A stretch of DNA of 63,902 nucleotides, filler included, from Craspedostauros australis (GCA_030167865.1; 6 parts of 6 records of this genome joined end to end with filler, not necessarily neighbours in it), one strand, 5' to 3'. Shown: positions 42,281-54,303, counted from the first letter of the whole stretch. Notes: generated by a model from the letters alone, not told the origin. Translations and numbers: made by a program.

Positions 42281-45200
42281 TCTTCTAAGATCTTGAGGCC
42301 GTAGTGTTGTGCTTGCCCAAGCAATGATTTCATCACTCGACACAGTGGGATGAGAGGTAAACCAGCCGCAGATGCGAGGATCAAACTAATTGCCCAGCAT
42401 CGGTATGCTGACTCCGGGTCGCCTGTTTCCATTGCATCTTGCTGGCCTCGACGTAGATCGGCCAAGCACACGTGAACAGGCTGGGACCACGAGTCAACGA
42501 AGGTTTCCATCGCCAAAATGTAACGACCAAAGAGGTATTTGGACTCAGTTACATCGATAATACGCCTCGACAAGGCAGCCAGCCGTTTGCCCAGACGTAT
42601 CTTCTTGAAGACATTCATGAAGATGATTCCAGCACAACAGAAGGCGTAGGCACCTTCTGCGCATAGACCATGTTTCAGTGTGAGCCGAACTTGTCGGAAC
42701 AGAATGAAAATCAATGTCCCAATCTGGTTCGAGCAGTGAGCAGAGAAACCAGCATGCTCCAATATCTCCATTGTCAGCTTCATCTTGGGGTTCATCGTGA
42801 CGGAGAGGTTCATGACCTCGTCGTCGGTGTGCTTGGAGAAGTAGGCGTTGATCTTCTGAAAATCCCTGAGAGCGAGGAATAAGTGATTCCTCACAGGGAC
42901 CGTCTCCAGCAACTTGAGTGATTGGAGCTGGAGATCCAACGACTATTTGAATCGTTCCAAGCGATTCAATGCCTTGGCTAATGACAAGTTCATCAAGATC
43001 TTGTCCTCCATGGCCTGATCCGATCTCGTCACGATGGTCTGACACAGCATCAGTCCCTTATCGTAGTTGCCGAGGGTCAGCTCGGTCTCAGATAGGCTAT
43101 GATACACATCCCTGCATAGATTGTGCTGCGTCTTCCATGGATCAGCAATCTTGATTTCAAGATTCGTCAAGGCTCGGTTCAGATACTTCACTGCTGGAAC
43201 GAGTGCAGTGACACTAATCGCGAGCTGTCCTGCCTTGAGGTTGAGATGGACGAGATCGATGGCTGGGATGATATGATCAGAGACCGTGAGCGACGACACG
43301 TTCTCGAGGTGGTCCGCAGCCATGAACCACATCCAGTCTTCACCCAGCATGGGATCAGATGCGATCTCCATGAGATGCTTGCCAATCCGATACTTCATTC
43401 GGTCCAGCTCGTCGCCTGGAGGGGTCAACGAGAAGGCTGCCTGTTGAATTCGGTCGTGGGCGAAGCGGAATGTCGCGCCCGAGTCGACAAGGCGCTGTGT
43501 CCGATCTGTGTCCGCCTCGATTCTCTCTAGCAGCTCCTCTTTCACTGCCATGCTCAATGCTTCACCGACACTCATCTCCGCCACTGCCAGGGTATTCCTT
43601 GTGCCAGCATCAGCTGCTTGATGTACCTGACGCCCCTCCATTTCCCAATCCACCAGCGTCTCCAATAGAGACTGACGGAACGTCGATCGTAGAAACGACG
43701 CCATCTGCAAACACTTTTGCATATCCTCTGGCAGTGAATACAGCTTCGATATGATCAGGTCAACCACATTCGCCGATAGGTCCATTTCGTCAGCTGCCCG
43801 CTTTTCATCCCATTCCCACTGCATCGTATGGATGCTGCAAGTGAGAACCTTGCGACGGCGCAATCTCTCCAACGCTTGAATGGTGTAGAGCACGTTGCCT
43901 TGCGTTTTGTCATGAAGCAGCTTCGCTAGAGGTGCGGTTGTGATGGTATCCAACCGAAGTGACGATGCAAGAAGCTCCGCAGTTTGAGTGACAGTGAGAT
44001 CGTTGAGAGGGATGTCATGGACGGTCTTTCCATTGGTTTGCCATTGCGAGACGGCGGTGGTGAGGTGATGTTGAGGGTCGTTGTGCACCTCGTTGGATCG
44101 ATATGATCCAATCATGAGAAGGTTGCGGATGGATGGATCGAGGAGAATCTCTGTGATGAGCTTGAGCGATTGCCCATCGACCCATTGGAGATCTGTCCAT
44201 GTGCATACAGTTGTGTGAATGTGAAAAATCAAAGATTGGGGGCGTGGTACAAGGGTGGTTCAGTGAAATGGTTCAGTGAAATGATAGTGTGCAGTGTGGT
44301 ATGGCGTGGTAGTGCACGCATGCAACGAAAGGTATGGGCGGTGGAAGCAAGTATCCGAGTCTGCAACACTATGCGCTGCCGTTGGTTTCACTCACCGTCC
44401 AGATAGAGCACGAGCGGGCGATCATTCGTACAGATGGCTTTGAGGATCACCTTGAAACCATGTACGAGTTGAGGCCATTCCTTTTCTCTCGATCTCACAC
44501 CTACGCGTTGGTCCGCATCGAGGAGCGATACTGTCGTCATCGATTTTGCGCCAACTGACTGCTCTTCGATTGACGATGTGGTGTGACCAATTGGTTTCGT
44601 GGTGGCGTTGTGGTTGTTGCGGTTCATCATCCGGAATGGCTTGGAATGCGGCTGTGCCCATTCTTGTTCTTCGCTCGCACCGTTTCCGCTTGCAGCGATC
44701 TGGAGGTTGCTCTGGTAGTTGCTGCCGAACATATTGGAGAGGCCAGGAATGAGTTTGCACATGCGGTCACACTGGGTATCGTCCATCTTGTTTCGAATGG
44801 TATCCCGAATGCGGTTGCTCTCCGCAACATCATCGTCCTCGCCAGTCTCCCCGAGATGCTCGAAGAAACTAGACAGAGCATCGACGATGGCCGACAGGTT
44901 GCCCGCATTGTTGAACTGGTCGTACTTTCCCTTGCCAACGTGGCATGGGTGCATATCCGATTGTCGTTTCTTTTTGTCGACTTTCATTTGTGCAACGGTA
45001 TCGCTTCCATCTGACGCTGGTGGCACAGTGCCCAAAGGAGATGTTTCGACACCCAAGCCCCCCAGGAAGCGATTCACCAACGCTGACTTCCCTGTCCCGG
45101 AGTATCCATGGATGAGCACAACCTGCGCCTCCGTGTTGCCCTTTTTCGCGCCGCTTGTGATGTCGTCACTGCTGCCGGCTGATGTCTTGGATGATTTGCG

Positions 45201-45623
45201 GCATATGCATGCATAGATCGAGTTCAGCCGTTCCAGCTCGTCTTCGCGTCCAACAAAGCGATCGAACCGTAGCCGATCCCACCGTCCGCTGCTTGTGCTG
45301 TGACCATGGTTATCGTCGGTGTCATCGGGCTTATCGTCGTGATCCACGTCGTTGTGTTCATCATCCGGATCTGAGTGGCTGTGCGTATCATGGTCACCAT
45401 CATCATGGTCATCATCATCATCATCATCAATACTGTAGATGTTGTAGACATTCGATCCACGCGTTGAGCTGGCTGTTTCCTCCACCGTGTTGGTGGCAGC
45501 ATCTGAAGCGGCGGCAGCATTTGTGTTCGTCTCACTCCCACTATGTCCTTGCGACAGCGAAACATGATGGCCACGGTTGACTGGTGGGATACGGAGGTCC
45601 TTTGAGGAGCGGCGAGTCGACAT
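42281..45623 (-). pseudogene. STAND-like AAA ATPase, copy 3: one intron, in-frame premature TAG, 3' end lost in the gap
   Basis: Exon 1 (45623-44396) has FVGREDE, Walker A GYSGTGKS and GKYDQ. Intron 44193-44395 (GTGAGT...ACAG) restores PLVLYLD/DLQW. Exon 2 has TQGNVLY and FAHDRIQQAA, a TAG at 42943-42945 (ERFK*SLDL), and the same frame continues with LKHGLC and METGD. This could be a nonsense allele or a base-call error. Confidence 0.8.
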
Positions 45624-47272
45624 GATGCCTTGGTGCTTTCCAGTTGTGATCAGGTCGCAGCGACGATCGTGGCTTCAGCAACCAGCAGAGTAGTCGTACG
45701 GATTGCGCTGGATTGTCATGTGGCAGGCATGTGATGGACAGTCATCGACGAAGTCTGTCACAAGTCTGGACTGCATCACTTTTGTTGGAAGACCTTCGCG
45801 GATTCTGTCCCAATGATGACCAACGACACTCGTCAAAAAGACGCATTGGTCATCTTGAGGTCTTTCGAATGGACTGGTTAAATGCAACTATGGCATTTGA
45901 TAAAATTGTGGCGAAGGCATCCCACTGATCCAAGTTGAAGAATGTCTCTCATTTCTCAGCGTTTTCGCAACACTGTTGTAATACACAAGTTATACCTATT
46001 CTGCCGCAGATTTTGAATACGGACATGTCGAAGGACAAACTACACGACGGTCATCCAGAATTAGACTACTCTACTGAAGACAGTAGAACAGGAAGATCAT
46101 GTATTCGCACATAACACATGAGCAGTAGTCCAGTAACCGCGCATGGAACTCTACCACAGAAGGCTCTGAGAAGTAGCAACAGAGGCACACAGAGAAGAAT
46201 ACAGCGAATGTCCGTACGAGTGAGGCTACGATTGGTGCAGCTGTTGGGCTGAGGGGCCTTGTCCAGTCAAGAATTCTGGCACCAACCTTCTCTCCATTCG
46301 ACCCAGCGCCTGAAACCCAGCATCGCGTCCAGTTCAGGCTTTGGAGCAGACGTTTCGTTTTGTAAATGATGATGCCACTCCGATCTGCACACAGCTGTCT
46401 CGCTAGCCGGCATGAGTGGTACCTGTACTACCTTCTGCAGTCTGCATTTTACTTCGTCTACAGCCTAAGGCACGATTTTGCCCACCTTCTTCCTTCAGTT
46501 CTCGACGGGGTGTGTCATGGAACTAAACGCTTCAGTTCTCAGAAGTCGTGGTTCCAGCATATTGGCTCTCTGCAATCGGAAGGTTCGAGACATCAAGGTG
46601 CCCTGCCATCGATGCGCTGATGGATCACATGGTAAGAAAGTGGACCTCCTACTGCGCCACACATCAGAACAGAGTGCCTTGTCGGATGGTATGCCAATCC
46701 ATCACCAGAGGCCATGGATCAAGAGCACACCTGTTGGAGGACTGAGAACTGACGCGGTTCAGATTCATCTGTACTATACATCCCAAGGTTCCTCTGCCGG
46801 AGTCTCAACGCGGAACATGTAATAGACGATATCTTCACGAATGGTACCAAACGCATGTCCTTGCATGAAGCAAACCGAGAAGGGTGCAGATGTCTGCCCC
46901 TTGCATTCGTACTGTTTCTCATCATGTATTTGGCTGAAGTTGCTGGTTTCGTGTTCCTCTCGTCTTTGTTGGCGCCAGTAAAAAGTGAGTTGTCTGTGCT
47001 GGTGCGCGTAGCGAAGAAATTGACACATACCAATCAACAGATCAATCCGTTTCGACGATTCGATGGATTGTTGGGACACCAGTGCTCCGCTGTTGCTATC
47101 ACAACATGACTAGACTGGACTTGACTAGGCTTTTAGTATCATTTGCGTCGGAATTCAACCTCGGGCGATTTGGAAGCGATCTACCATTGTTGGTTGAGAT
47201 CATACAGTACTAGATAGTACGACTATGCATCTGTGGCTACTCTATTTCACTTCTCCCCGTTGCTCACCCTCT

Positions 47273-50200
47273 TTACCCAAACAGGTCCTGCGTCTTTGCC
47301 TTCAGCACTTCCACCTTCTTCAAGGCCCCCCACTCCCTGTACAACCTCGATGACTCTCCGTACCGATACTTTGCGTCATCGCGGCGACCGCGACCCATCA
47401 AGCAATCTGCAAGTCTCTCATTCGCCAGTGCCTGATCATGGATATACCCACGCTGCGATGTGCTTTGGATGGCCTGCGTATAAGCCTTGATGGCTTTGCT
47501 GTGCTTTCCGCGCAGGAACTGTTCTTCAGCATCTAGAATTGTGAGGTAGTGGGGACAGTTGGGATGACCCTGCTTATCCCACACCTTGAGTTGCTTCGTG
47601 CACTGTCGGGCCATCTTGCGAAATTTCCGGCTCGATGGGGCGCCTTGTTGTGATGCAGCAAAGCAGGTCAACGCAGCTCGGAAGTTGAGGGGGGCCAGGG
47701 TGGCGGAACCCATCGTCAGCCTGCTCATCAAGTCGACGATGTCGACGGAGATTTGAGCGCCCTTCTCGTATTCGCCAAAGAAGCAACAGAGATCCATTTT
47801 GTTCAAACAGACTGAGACGCGGCAGATCTCGGACAAAGCAGTCCCGTCATCGTACATGTCTTTGCGTTCGTCGAAGCCATCGCCGATAAGGAGACTGGTG
47901 TGTTTGGATGCGCCACGGAGATTCAAAACCCTCTGCCAACCGATCGCCATGAAGTCATGCTGCTGGGTTTGATTGAAATCCAGCAGCACCTTGGTGTATG
48001 TCGCGCAATCGGCATCGATTTGGGACAAATGAGTTCCGTCGTAAAAGGACAATGTGATGTACTGGGAGATGCTCCAGGCTGCTGATTCCAAATCACCCAT
48101 GGCCATACCCATGCGGTACGTCTCCATTAAAGGTTCCTTAATTTCTTCCCATGGTTGTCGCCAGTGCTGAATCAGCGTATGGAGGTTTAACACGATCTCA
48201 GGTTCCGTGACGGGATGGCCCAGCCTGGCCAACATGTTGAGAGCCGCACGTCCGAGGTTCTCACGTGCCTTGACATCGCCCATGGCGGATCCAACCATGA
48301 GGCCAAGCATGAGGAATGCGATCGGGGAATGCTCGGACATGCCGTACTTGAATGTTCGTTGGAAGCACTTGAACACGAGGACGGGGATGAAGTCGGGGTC
48401 GATAAAGTAGCAGAGCTTGGAGAGCTTCGCTAGCGTCCTCATCACCGCTTCTTCCCTCTCGCTTTCGTTCATGGGAAGCTCCGCGATCGTTTTCGATGTC
48501 AACGAACGAGCGGTGCGCTTCACCTTGAGGAGCGCGGAGACTGTCGCGAACGTTCGCTTCATCCCTGGCTTGGGGAGTTTACATCCCAGCTCTGCGAGAA
48601 CGCTCACACAAAGTTGAATTGCGGCAGATTCCTTGCCGTCCTTCTTGTGCTCCGTCACCGCGATGTCGGCCAATGTATGGTATGCATCGATCTTCTCCAA
48701 GATGTCGCACTTGGATTCGACGATGATGTTGCAGTATCTGCGGGACCGATCAAGGTCGGCGGTGACGAATGCGCACTCTGCTGCGGAAGAATAGACTTGT
48801 AACGTCTCCTCCTGAAGGACGTCCCAGTGATTGGGTGGAAGAAGGTCGATAGCACAACGGAAGTATCCGAGGGCCAACCGAAATGCGGAACAACCGACGG
48901 CCTTGGTGCCGGCGTCGAAGTTGAGCATCATCACTCGCTTGCGGCGGTCGCTCTTGTTGGTGTCCGGGATCAGGTCCGGCCTTGTGTCGACAAGATTGGT
49001 GACCATGAAGATACGTTCATCGAGCTCATCTTGGGAAAGACCGAAGAGGAGGATCTCTCCCACGCGATACTTGAGCTCAGAGAGCTGCTCCTGCTCCACC
49101 ATGTCCAGCGCTGCCTCCTGCACCTTGTCGTGGCTGAAGTTGTAGATGGTGGACTGTCTCGTCTTCGTTTTCACTTTCGTCTTTCTCTTCGAGCCTGTGC
49201 TGGATTGCGCCTTACTCGGTGCGTTGGTTGCATCGATGTCTATCGCGCAGTCGTCGGCGACCTTGACACTGGCAGATCGTTCCAGCAAGCCTTCGCGTTC
49301 GCAGGTGCGGAGCATCTTGCGGATCCCGCTGTTGGAGACGAAGCGACTGATACCGAACAGCTTGCGGACGAAAGCCGAATGGGCTGAGTGGATGGAGAGG
49401 CCGCGCATCACCACACAGATGGTTGAGTAGGAGAAGGATGCGCCCAGACATGCCGCGATGGGCAAGATCTGTCTGGCATCCTGCACCTGATGCAGTTTGT
49501 TCTTCATGAGGTCGATGACGTTGCTGGTGAGTGGTGACTTGGCCTCCATCTCATCATTATTCCAGACCCATTCCCATGTGAGTGTTGATACTGTCGATGG
49601 TGTTGATGGTGTCGATGCTGCGGTTGTTGCTGGCACGGGGGATGGTGGCGGAGTCGACCCTGTCGTTGTGGCCGGCTCGGGCAGAAGCATCGATGGATTG
49701 TACTGGAGCAGCCGGTCGTCGACCAACGAATGGAGGAATCGTTGCACGAAGAAGGGATTCCCGCCCGTCTTGTTGTACACGATGTCTGCAAAGTGTGTCA
49801 CGGCCTCATAGCGCTCATCGTGCGTTCCATCATCTCGGTTGCTGTGATCAGCAGTGTTGCTGTATGGGATGTCATCCTGGGGTTTGAGGAGACAGCACAG
49901 CAGCTCCTTGACGTGATCCAGCTCCAGATCTTGGATGGGAAGCTTGATGATGCGGAGCGATCGCTCGCGTTTGGATTCATCTAATGCCAGCAACGTGGTC
50001 TTGAGGATGCGATTCTCTTCCAGCAGATTGGATCGGTAACATCCGATGACCATCAGTGACGAGTTGTTGGTGTCGAGCATCCACGCTTGGAGGATGTCCA
50101 GCGATGCCTTGTCGGCCCATTGGATGTCATCGATGACGAAGATGAGGGGACAGAAGTTGCAGATGATCTGGATCAACCTCCGCAGAGCGAACTTGAGCCG

Positions 50201-51325
50201 ATCACCGTGGGCACGGTACCCGATTTGATCATTCCACGGTCTCGCTAGACTGTGTCTGCCAGATGTGCATGTGGATAGGCTGGTGACAGAGGCATCATCC
50301 CTTGTGGCTGTACCGAGAACGAGTGCATGCTGAATGCCATAGACGACCTGAGGGAGATCTGGGATGACAGCGGACAGCACCCTGATCTCTCCCTTGGTGA
50401 GGCCCTTGGTCAAGAGCTTCCGGAGGGCGGAAAGCCGTCGAGGATCATCGAGAGCGGATGGTGCGTGTTGGTCAGCTGCTGGAGAGTGTGTTGAAGAAGT
50501 GCCGGGGCGGCTGGGCGAAGAAAGGTTGCTGCGTGCCTGCTCGCTCTCTGATGTCATGGAAAAGGCCTTGACGTCCATGCTCATGGACGACATGATGACT
50601 TTGGCGTGGATGTCTTCTTCGTCGCGAGGCAAGCAGAGGATCTGGTTGCATAGATCCATCAATGCAGATTTGATCCCAGCGTACGGTTGCTCCGCATTCA
50701 TCTTGGAGATCTCGCACTTGCCAGATATGAAGAAGCCGTGGAAGGGGTGGTGCACATTGCTGCTGCTGCTGCTGCTGGTGGCAGTGTTGGCGGCAGTAAT
50801 GGCATTGAGAATGTTGGCATTGTGTGATGCAGCGAACTTTTTGACTTGCATGGCAAGCGCTGTCTTTCCACTTCCCGAATGCCCAGAGATGAGGACGAGT
50901 GTTCTCTTGGATGATCGTACTGTTTGCAACACCATCTCATCGTTGGCATCTGATGAAGTTGTTGACGAGTCTGTTGTCGCATTCGCTGGCTCCTCGGAGA
51001 TGCTGTGACGAGGGGGCCTGTTGTTTGTCTTGTTGGTGCTGTCAGAGGGTCGCCTTTCACGTTGCAGGCAGGTGATGCTGAATGCGTGTCGCAGTATGCG
51101 GATCTCCTTGCTCCTGCCGATGAGACCGACTGCCTCGAAGGGTAATTCCTGGTCATTCTGCTGACGCGGGTTCTGTGGGTCAAATGGAGTGATGGCAGAC
51201 GAAGCATCGTCGATCACGCTGACATCTTCCTGCGTAGACTGCCGCTTCAGCTGTGCTTTTGGCGTGGATGGCGCGGTGTTGGCATTATTGGCCGCATCAT
51301 GAAGACTGTTGCTTTGGGGTGACAT
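47273..51325 (-). CDS. STAND-like AAA ATPase with helical TPR-like tail, copy 4 (closest paralog of copy 1)
   Basis: Intronless, likely start MSPQSNS at 51325 (1350 aa). Motifs ELPFEAVGLIGRSKE, GHSGSGKT, PLIFVIDDIQWAD, TGGNPFF, FSHDKVQEAA, DQALANER and YREWGA. Confidence 0.9.
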   Translation of the reverse strand: MSPQSNSLHDAANNANTAPSTPKAQLKRQSTQEDVSVIDDASSAITPFDPQNPRQQNDQELPFEAVGLIGRSKEIRILRHAFSITCLQRERRPSDSTNKTNNRPPRHSISEEPANATTDSSTTSSDANDEMVLQTVRSSKRTLVLISGHSGSGKTALAMQVKKFAASHNANILNAITAANTATSSSSSSNVHHPFHGFFISGKCEISKMNAEQPYAGIKSALMDLCNQILCLPRDEEDIHAKVIMSSMSMDVKAFSMTSESEQARSNLSSPSRPGTSSTHSPAADQHAPSALDDPRRLSALRKLLTKGLTKGEIRVLSAVIPDLPQVVYGIQHALVLGTATRDDASVTSLSTCTSGRHSLARPWNDQIGYRAHGDRLKFALRRLIQIICNFCPLIFVIDDIQWADKASLDILQAWMLDTNNSSLMVIGCYRSNLLEENRILKTTLLALDESKRERSLRIIKLPIQDLELDHVKELLCCLLKPQDDIPYSNTADHSNRDDGTHDERYEAVTHFADIVYNKTGGNPFFVQRFLHSLVDDRLLQYNPSMLLPEPATTTGSTPPPSPVPATTAASTPSTPSTVSTLTWEWVWNNDEMEAKSPLTSNVIDLMKNKLHQVQDARQILPIAACLGASFSYSTICVVMRGLSIHSAHSAFVRKLFGISRFVSNSGIRKMLRTCEREGLLERSASVKVADDCAIDIDATNAPSKAQSSTGSKRKTKVKTKTRQSTIYNFSHDKVQEAALDMVEQEQLSELKYRVGEILLFGLSQDELDERIFMVTNLVDTRPDLIPDTNKSDRRKRVMMLNFDAGTKAVGCSAFRLALGYFRCAIDLLPPNHWDVLQEETLQVYSSAAECAFVTADLDRSRRYCNIIVESKCDILEKIDAYHTLADIAVTEHKKDGKESAAIQLCVSVLAELGCKLPKPGMKRTFATVSALLKVKRTARSLTSKTIAELPMNESEREEAVMRTLAKLSKLCYFIDPDFIPVLVFKCFQRTFKYGMSEHSPIAFLMLGLMVGSAMGDVKARENLGRAALNMLARLGHPVTEPEIVLNLHTLIQHWRQPWEEIKEPLMETYRMGMAMGDLESAAWSISQYITLSFYDGTHLSQIDADCATYTKVLLDFNQTQQHDFMAIGWQRVLNLRGASKHTSLLIGDGFDERKDMYDDGTALSEICRVSVCLNKMDLCCFFGEYEKGAQISVDIVDLMSRLTMGSATLAPLNFRAALTCFAASQQGAPSSRKFRKMARQCTKQLKVWDKQGHPNCPHYLTILDAEEQFLRGKHSKAIKAYTQAIQSTSQRGYIHDQALANERLADCLMGRGRRDDAKYRYGESSRLYREWGALKKVEVLKAKTQDLFG

Positions 51326-53367
51326 CGTTCCACTCAGTAATGGCTTGACGTTGTCTCTGGTGCTGCGCTTGGATTGTGTGCCGATGTGGTCTGGTGCGTT
51401 GTGATTTGATGGGATGTGATGGGATGGGATGTGATGCGTTGCAATGTGATTTGGCAACACGAGTTTTATGGGATGTCGAGACGAAAGTGGTAATGAGATG
51501 AGATGAGATGACATGATATGTAACAGTAGAGTACTGGTAGGGCATGTGATATTGACCAGTTTTGGAAGTGCTTCCGACTGGATGGAGCTACCTATCTGTC
51601 AGCCTTGGACGAAAACATCGATTTTGGGTTCTGGCAACTACTCCTTGTTTTTCTGTGGACGTCGTCGTTGCAACTTCTCGATCCATCCGCTTTCAGTTGC
51701 CGCATCATGAGTACGATCTATGCGTGCAGTCGAGTAGAATAGGTCGTACGATCAACTCGTCCTCTGGAGAAAGTCCCTTGTGATCCGCTGTATCCTTCAT
51801 CCGCCAGGGGGCGGTACCGCAGGAACGATTGCACGCTGGAGCGCAAATGGCGAAGTCGTTGCCTTTTCGGCTCCACAACAAGTGTGGACCTGCGAAAGTT
51901 GACCGGAACAAGCGACAACGACAAGGCGAAAACACGTTCGGCCTGCCCCTCGCTGTGCACGGCTGGCTTCTTCGCCCATCCAAGGATACGGGCCGACGCA
52001 TCCCGCAAGATGTTCAGGCGGCTGTAGAGTCGCAATTTGGTCTTGGAGGGCGATTTTGTGAGAGGGCGCACTTTTACATCGTCACCGCAATGACCCTTCC
52101 CCGCCGCATTTCGTCTCAATCGCCACCAGCGACAATTCCATTCACCTCAAAAGAACATGTGGCGAGCTGGGCATAATCGGGATGAACGCGCGTTGTGACT
52201 TTCCGCTAATGGCGTGTTGTGTCCAATGTGCAGGTAAAATTACGGCTACGAACGCAATAACCTTGGGCTACTCCAAGAAGTAGTCACAAAAACCGATGAG
52301 TGTGAAGGCGCGTTGTGTCATGAGGTTTCTTGCGCCTCCACCAAAACGGTCCTACGAACCCAGACAAATCGTAACTCGTCTGCGGAATTCTGGTGTGGAG
52401 GCTGTTTTATTCCGAGACTCATTCGTGATCCATGGAGTTGCATCGAAGTCTGCCCTTGAGCCGCGTGCAAAGAGTTACGGCAATATCTCTAATATCATGC
52501 ATTAAATCAATGGTGAGTTTCTGTTGGAGTAGATCGACCCACCGCCGTCTATCTTTCTTGAGAAATCTACTCCGAAGGCATTCACTCGCACGAGCATAGT
52601 TAGAGTTCACGCTGCAAGAGGCATATCACGGCATGAACTGGAGTGCTGCATCCAACTGTCGGTTGAGACCAGCCGCGCGCTTGCGCATCCTGTGATGACA
52701 GCATTTCTCTGTTGCTCTATTGTTGTATCAGCGTTCGGCAGCAAGGATACGAGAGCATCAATATGTTGGTGTATACTATTATATGCCGTACTCTGATTGA
52801 GATACTTGCGCGTTGGATCCATGCAAGGTATTAGAGTTCGATCGTTTGGAGATGTGTCGCTGTGTGTGTGTTGCAATCAAGTCACCTGGTCATCTTCAAG
52901 CGGCACAGTGGAAGCCAAAGTCTTCCTTGTGATTGGGATGGCAGTAGATCGGCTAAGTGCGAGATTGAAGCAAAGGCATGGTGCGTACTTCTCTGCTGCT
53001 ATTCTATACTATATTAGTCATGATGCCACACATGGAGATGCCCCCAATGAGCTGTGATGATGCGTTGATCCAAGAGAAGTGCAGGGAGAAACAGCGGAAG
53101 AAGCAGTGAAATGTTCGGCGATGTTTGATGCACGTCGACGTGTTTCGAAACGTCGGAGAAGTTCGTGGTTCTGCGCCGAATGAAAACGAACAGATTGGAA
53201 GAACTCAGGAAGACCAAAGTCGCCGACGAGAACTGGAATGGCCTGAAGGGCGAAAACAAACGATGAACAAACACAACAGAATTGCTCACAAAAAGCAGAG
53301 AAGCCCAAAAGCAAACATCGATCAACAAGAGCAACAAGAGCAAACCGAACGAATCAACTAATCAACC

Positions 53368-54303
53368 ATGGCACCAACATCCACAACTTCGAACACATCC
53401 GCCGCTGTCCGCAAGGAAGAGGAAGCGTTGCGTCGTTCGGACGAAGACTTGCAACATGAGGCGCTGACTGCCGAAAGGGACGCAAAGTCGATGACGGTGG
53501 TGTCCGATGATGACATCGCCGGCAAGTCCAGCATCAAGCGGTGCCCATTCGCCCACGACAACATCGATGCGGATGCCAACCACCCTGCCGCGAAGCAACA
53601 TCCCTTCCGCCACATCCCGCTGCGCATGGTGGGAGACAGCGGCAGGACGCACAATCACTCGTCCGCCACCAAGCAGCTCATCGAGAAGGAGGTCTCGCTG
53701 CAGGACCTGACGCGCATGACGAACCAGTTCTACGAGCTGGCATTCCAGGACGCCACCCTGGATCTCTTCATCCGATCGCACGAGGATCCCCACGGCCAGC
53801 GCTTCGCCAAGTGGATCCACCAGAAGCTGTCGGGATCCACCGTCTGGGACGACGACCGCCGCTACCACCGCGATACGAAGACGGCGCATCCCGTCGCCGG
53901 CGGGTACTCCGTCGTCGTGCACGATCGTTCGTCGGCCCACGTCGCGGCATGGCACTCCCTCAAACGCCCGCCGCAGGATGCGGGACGTCACTTCACGTTG
54001 GAGGAATGCCGCGTGTGGATGCGCCTGCATTTCTGGGCCATGCGCTTGAGCGGCGTCATGCAGCAGTCGCCGAGCTTCGCCGACTACTACGTGCGGTTCA
54101 TCGCCCATTTCGTGTCGGTGTACGAACGCACGGCGCCGCAGTTCGCTCGCGATTCGCTGCGGTGGTCGGCGGATCCCGACAACATCAAACGGTACATTGC
54201 CGATGGGCGCAAGATGAACGAGGTGCTGGGCATTTCGTTTGCCGACGCCGTGAGCCAGGTGCCGCAAAAGGAAATCGACGATGACGAATGGCCATACTTT
54301 TGA
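53368..54303 (+). CDS. Truncated (2/2) globin-like protein
   Basis: 311 aa. B-helix QFYELAFQD, E-helix PHGQRFAKWI..KLSG, candidate proximal His in SSAH, HF..EECRVWM (Trp G8-like); N-terminal extension with KRCPF. Confidence 0.7.
   Translation: MAPTSTTSNTSAAVRKEEEALRRSDEDLQHEALTAERDAKSMTVVSDDDIAGKSSIKRCPFAHDNIDADANHPAAKQHPFRHIPLRMVGDSGRTHNHSSATKQLIEKEVSLQDLTRMTNQFYELAFQDATLDLFIRSHEDPHGQRFAKWIHQKLSGSTVWDDDRRYHRDTKTAHPVAGGYSVVVHDRSSAHVAAWHSLKRPPQDAGRHFTLEECRVWMRLHFWAMRLSGVMQQSPSFADYYVRFIAHFVSVYERTAPQFARDSLRWSADPDNIKRYIADGRKMNEVLGISFADAVSQVPQKEIDDDEWPYF

Noticed and set aside
6139..42945. Two in-frame TAG codons suggesting stop-codon reassignment
   Set aside because: TAG ends intact genes here (PPR, methyltransferase, Myb, TAM41) at their expected C-termini, and the 6139 locus also has frameshifts.
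45900..47200. Possible degenerate transposon or gene remnant between STAND copies 3 and 4 (also 17400-17750 and 52300-52900)
   Set aside because: I could not find terminal repeats, target-site duplications or transposase/RT motifs. A RepeatMasker/tblastx search would be needed.
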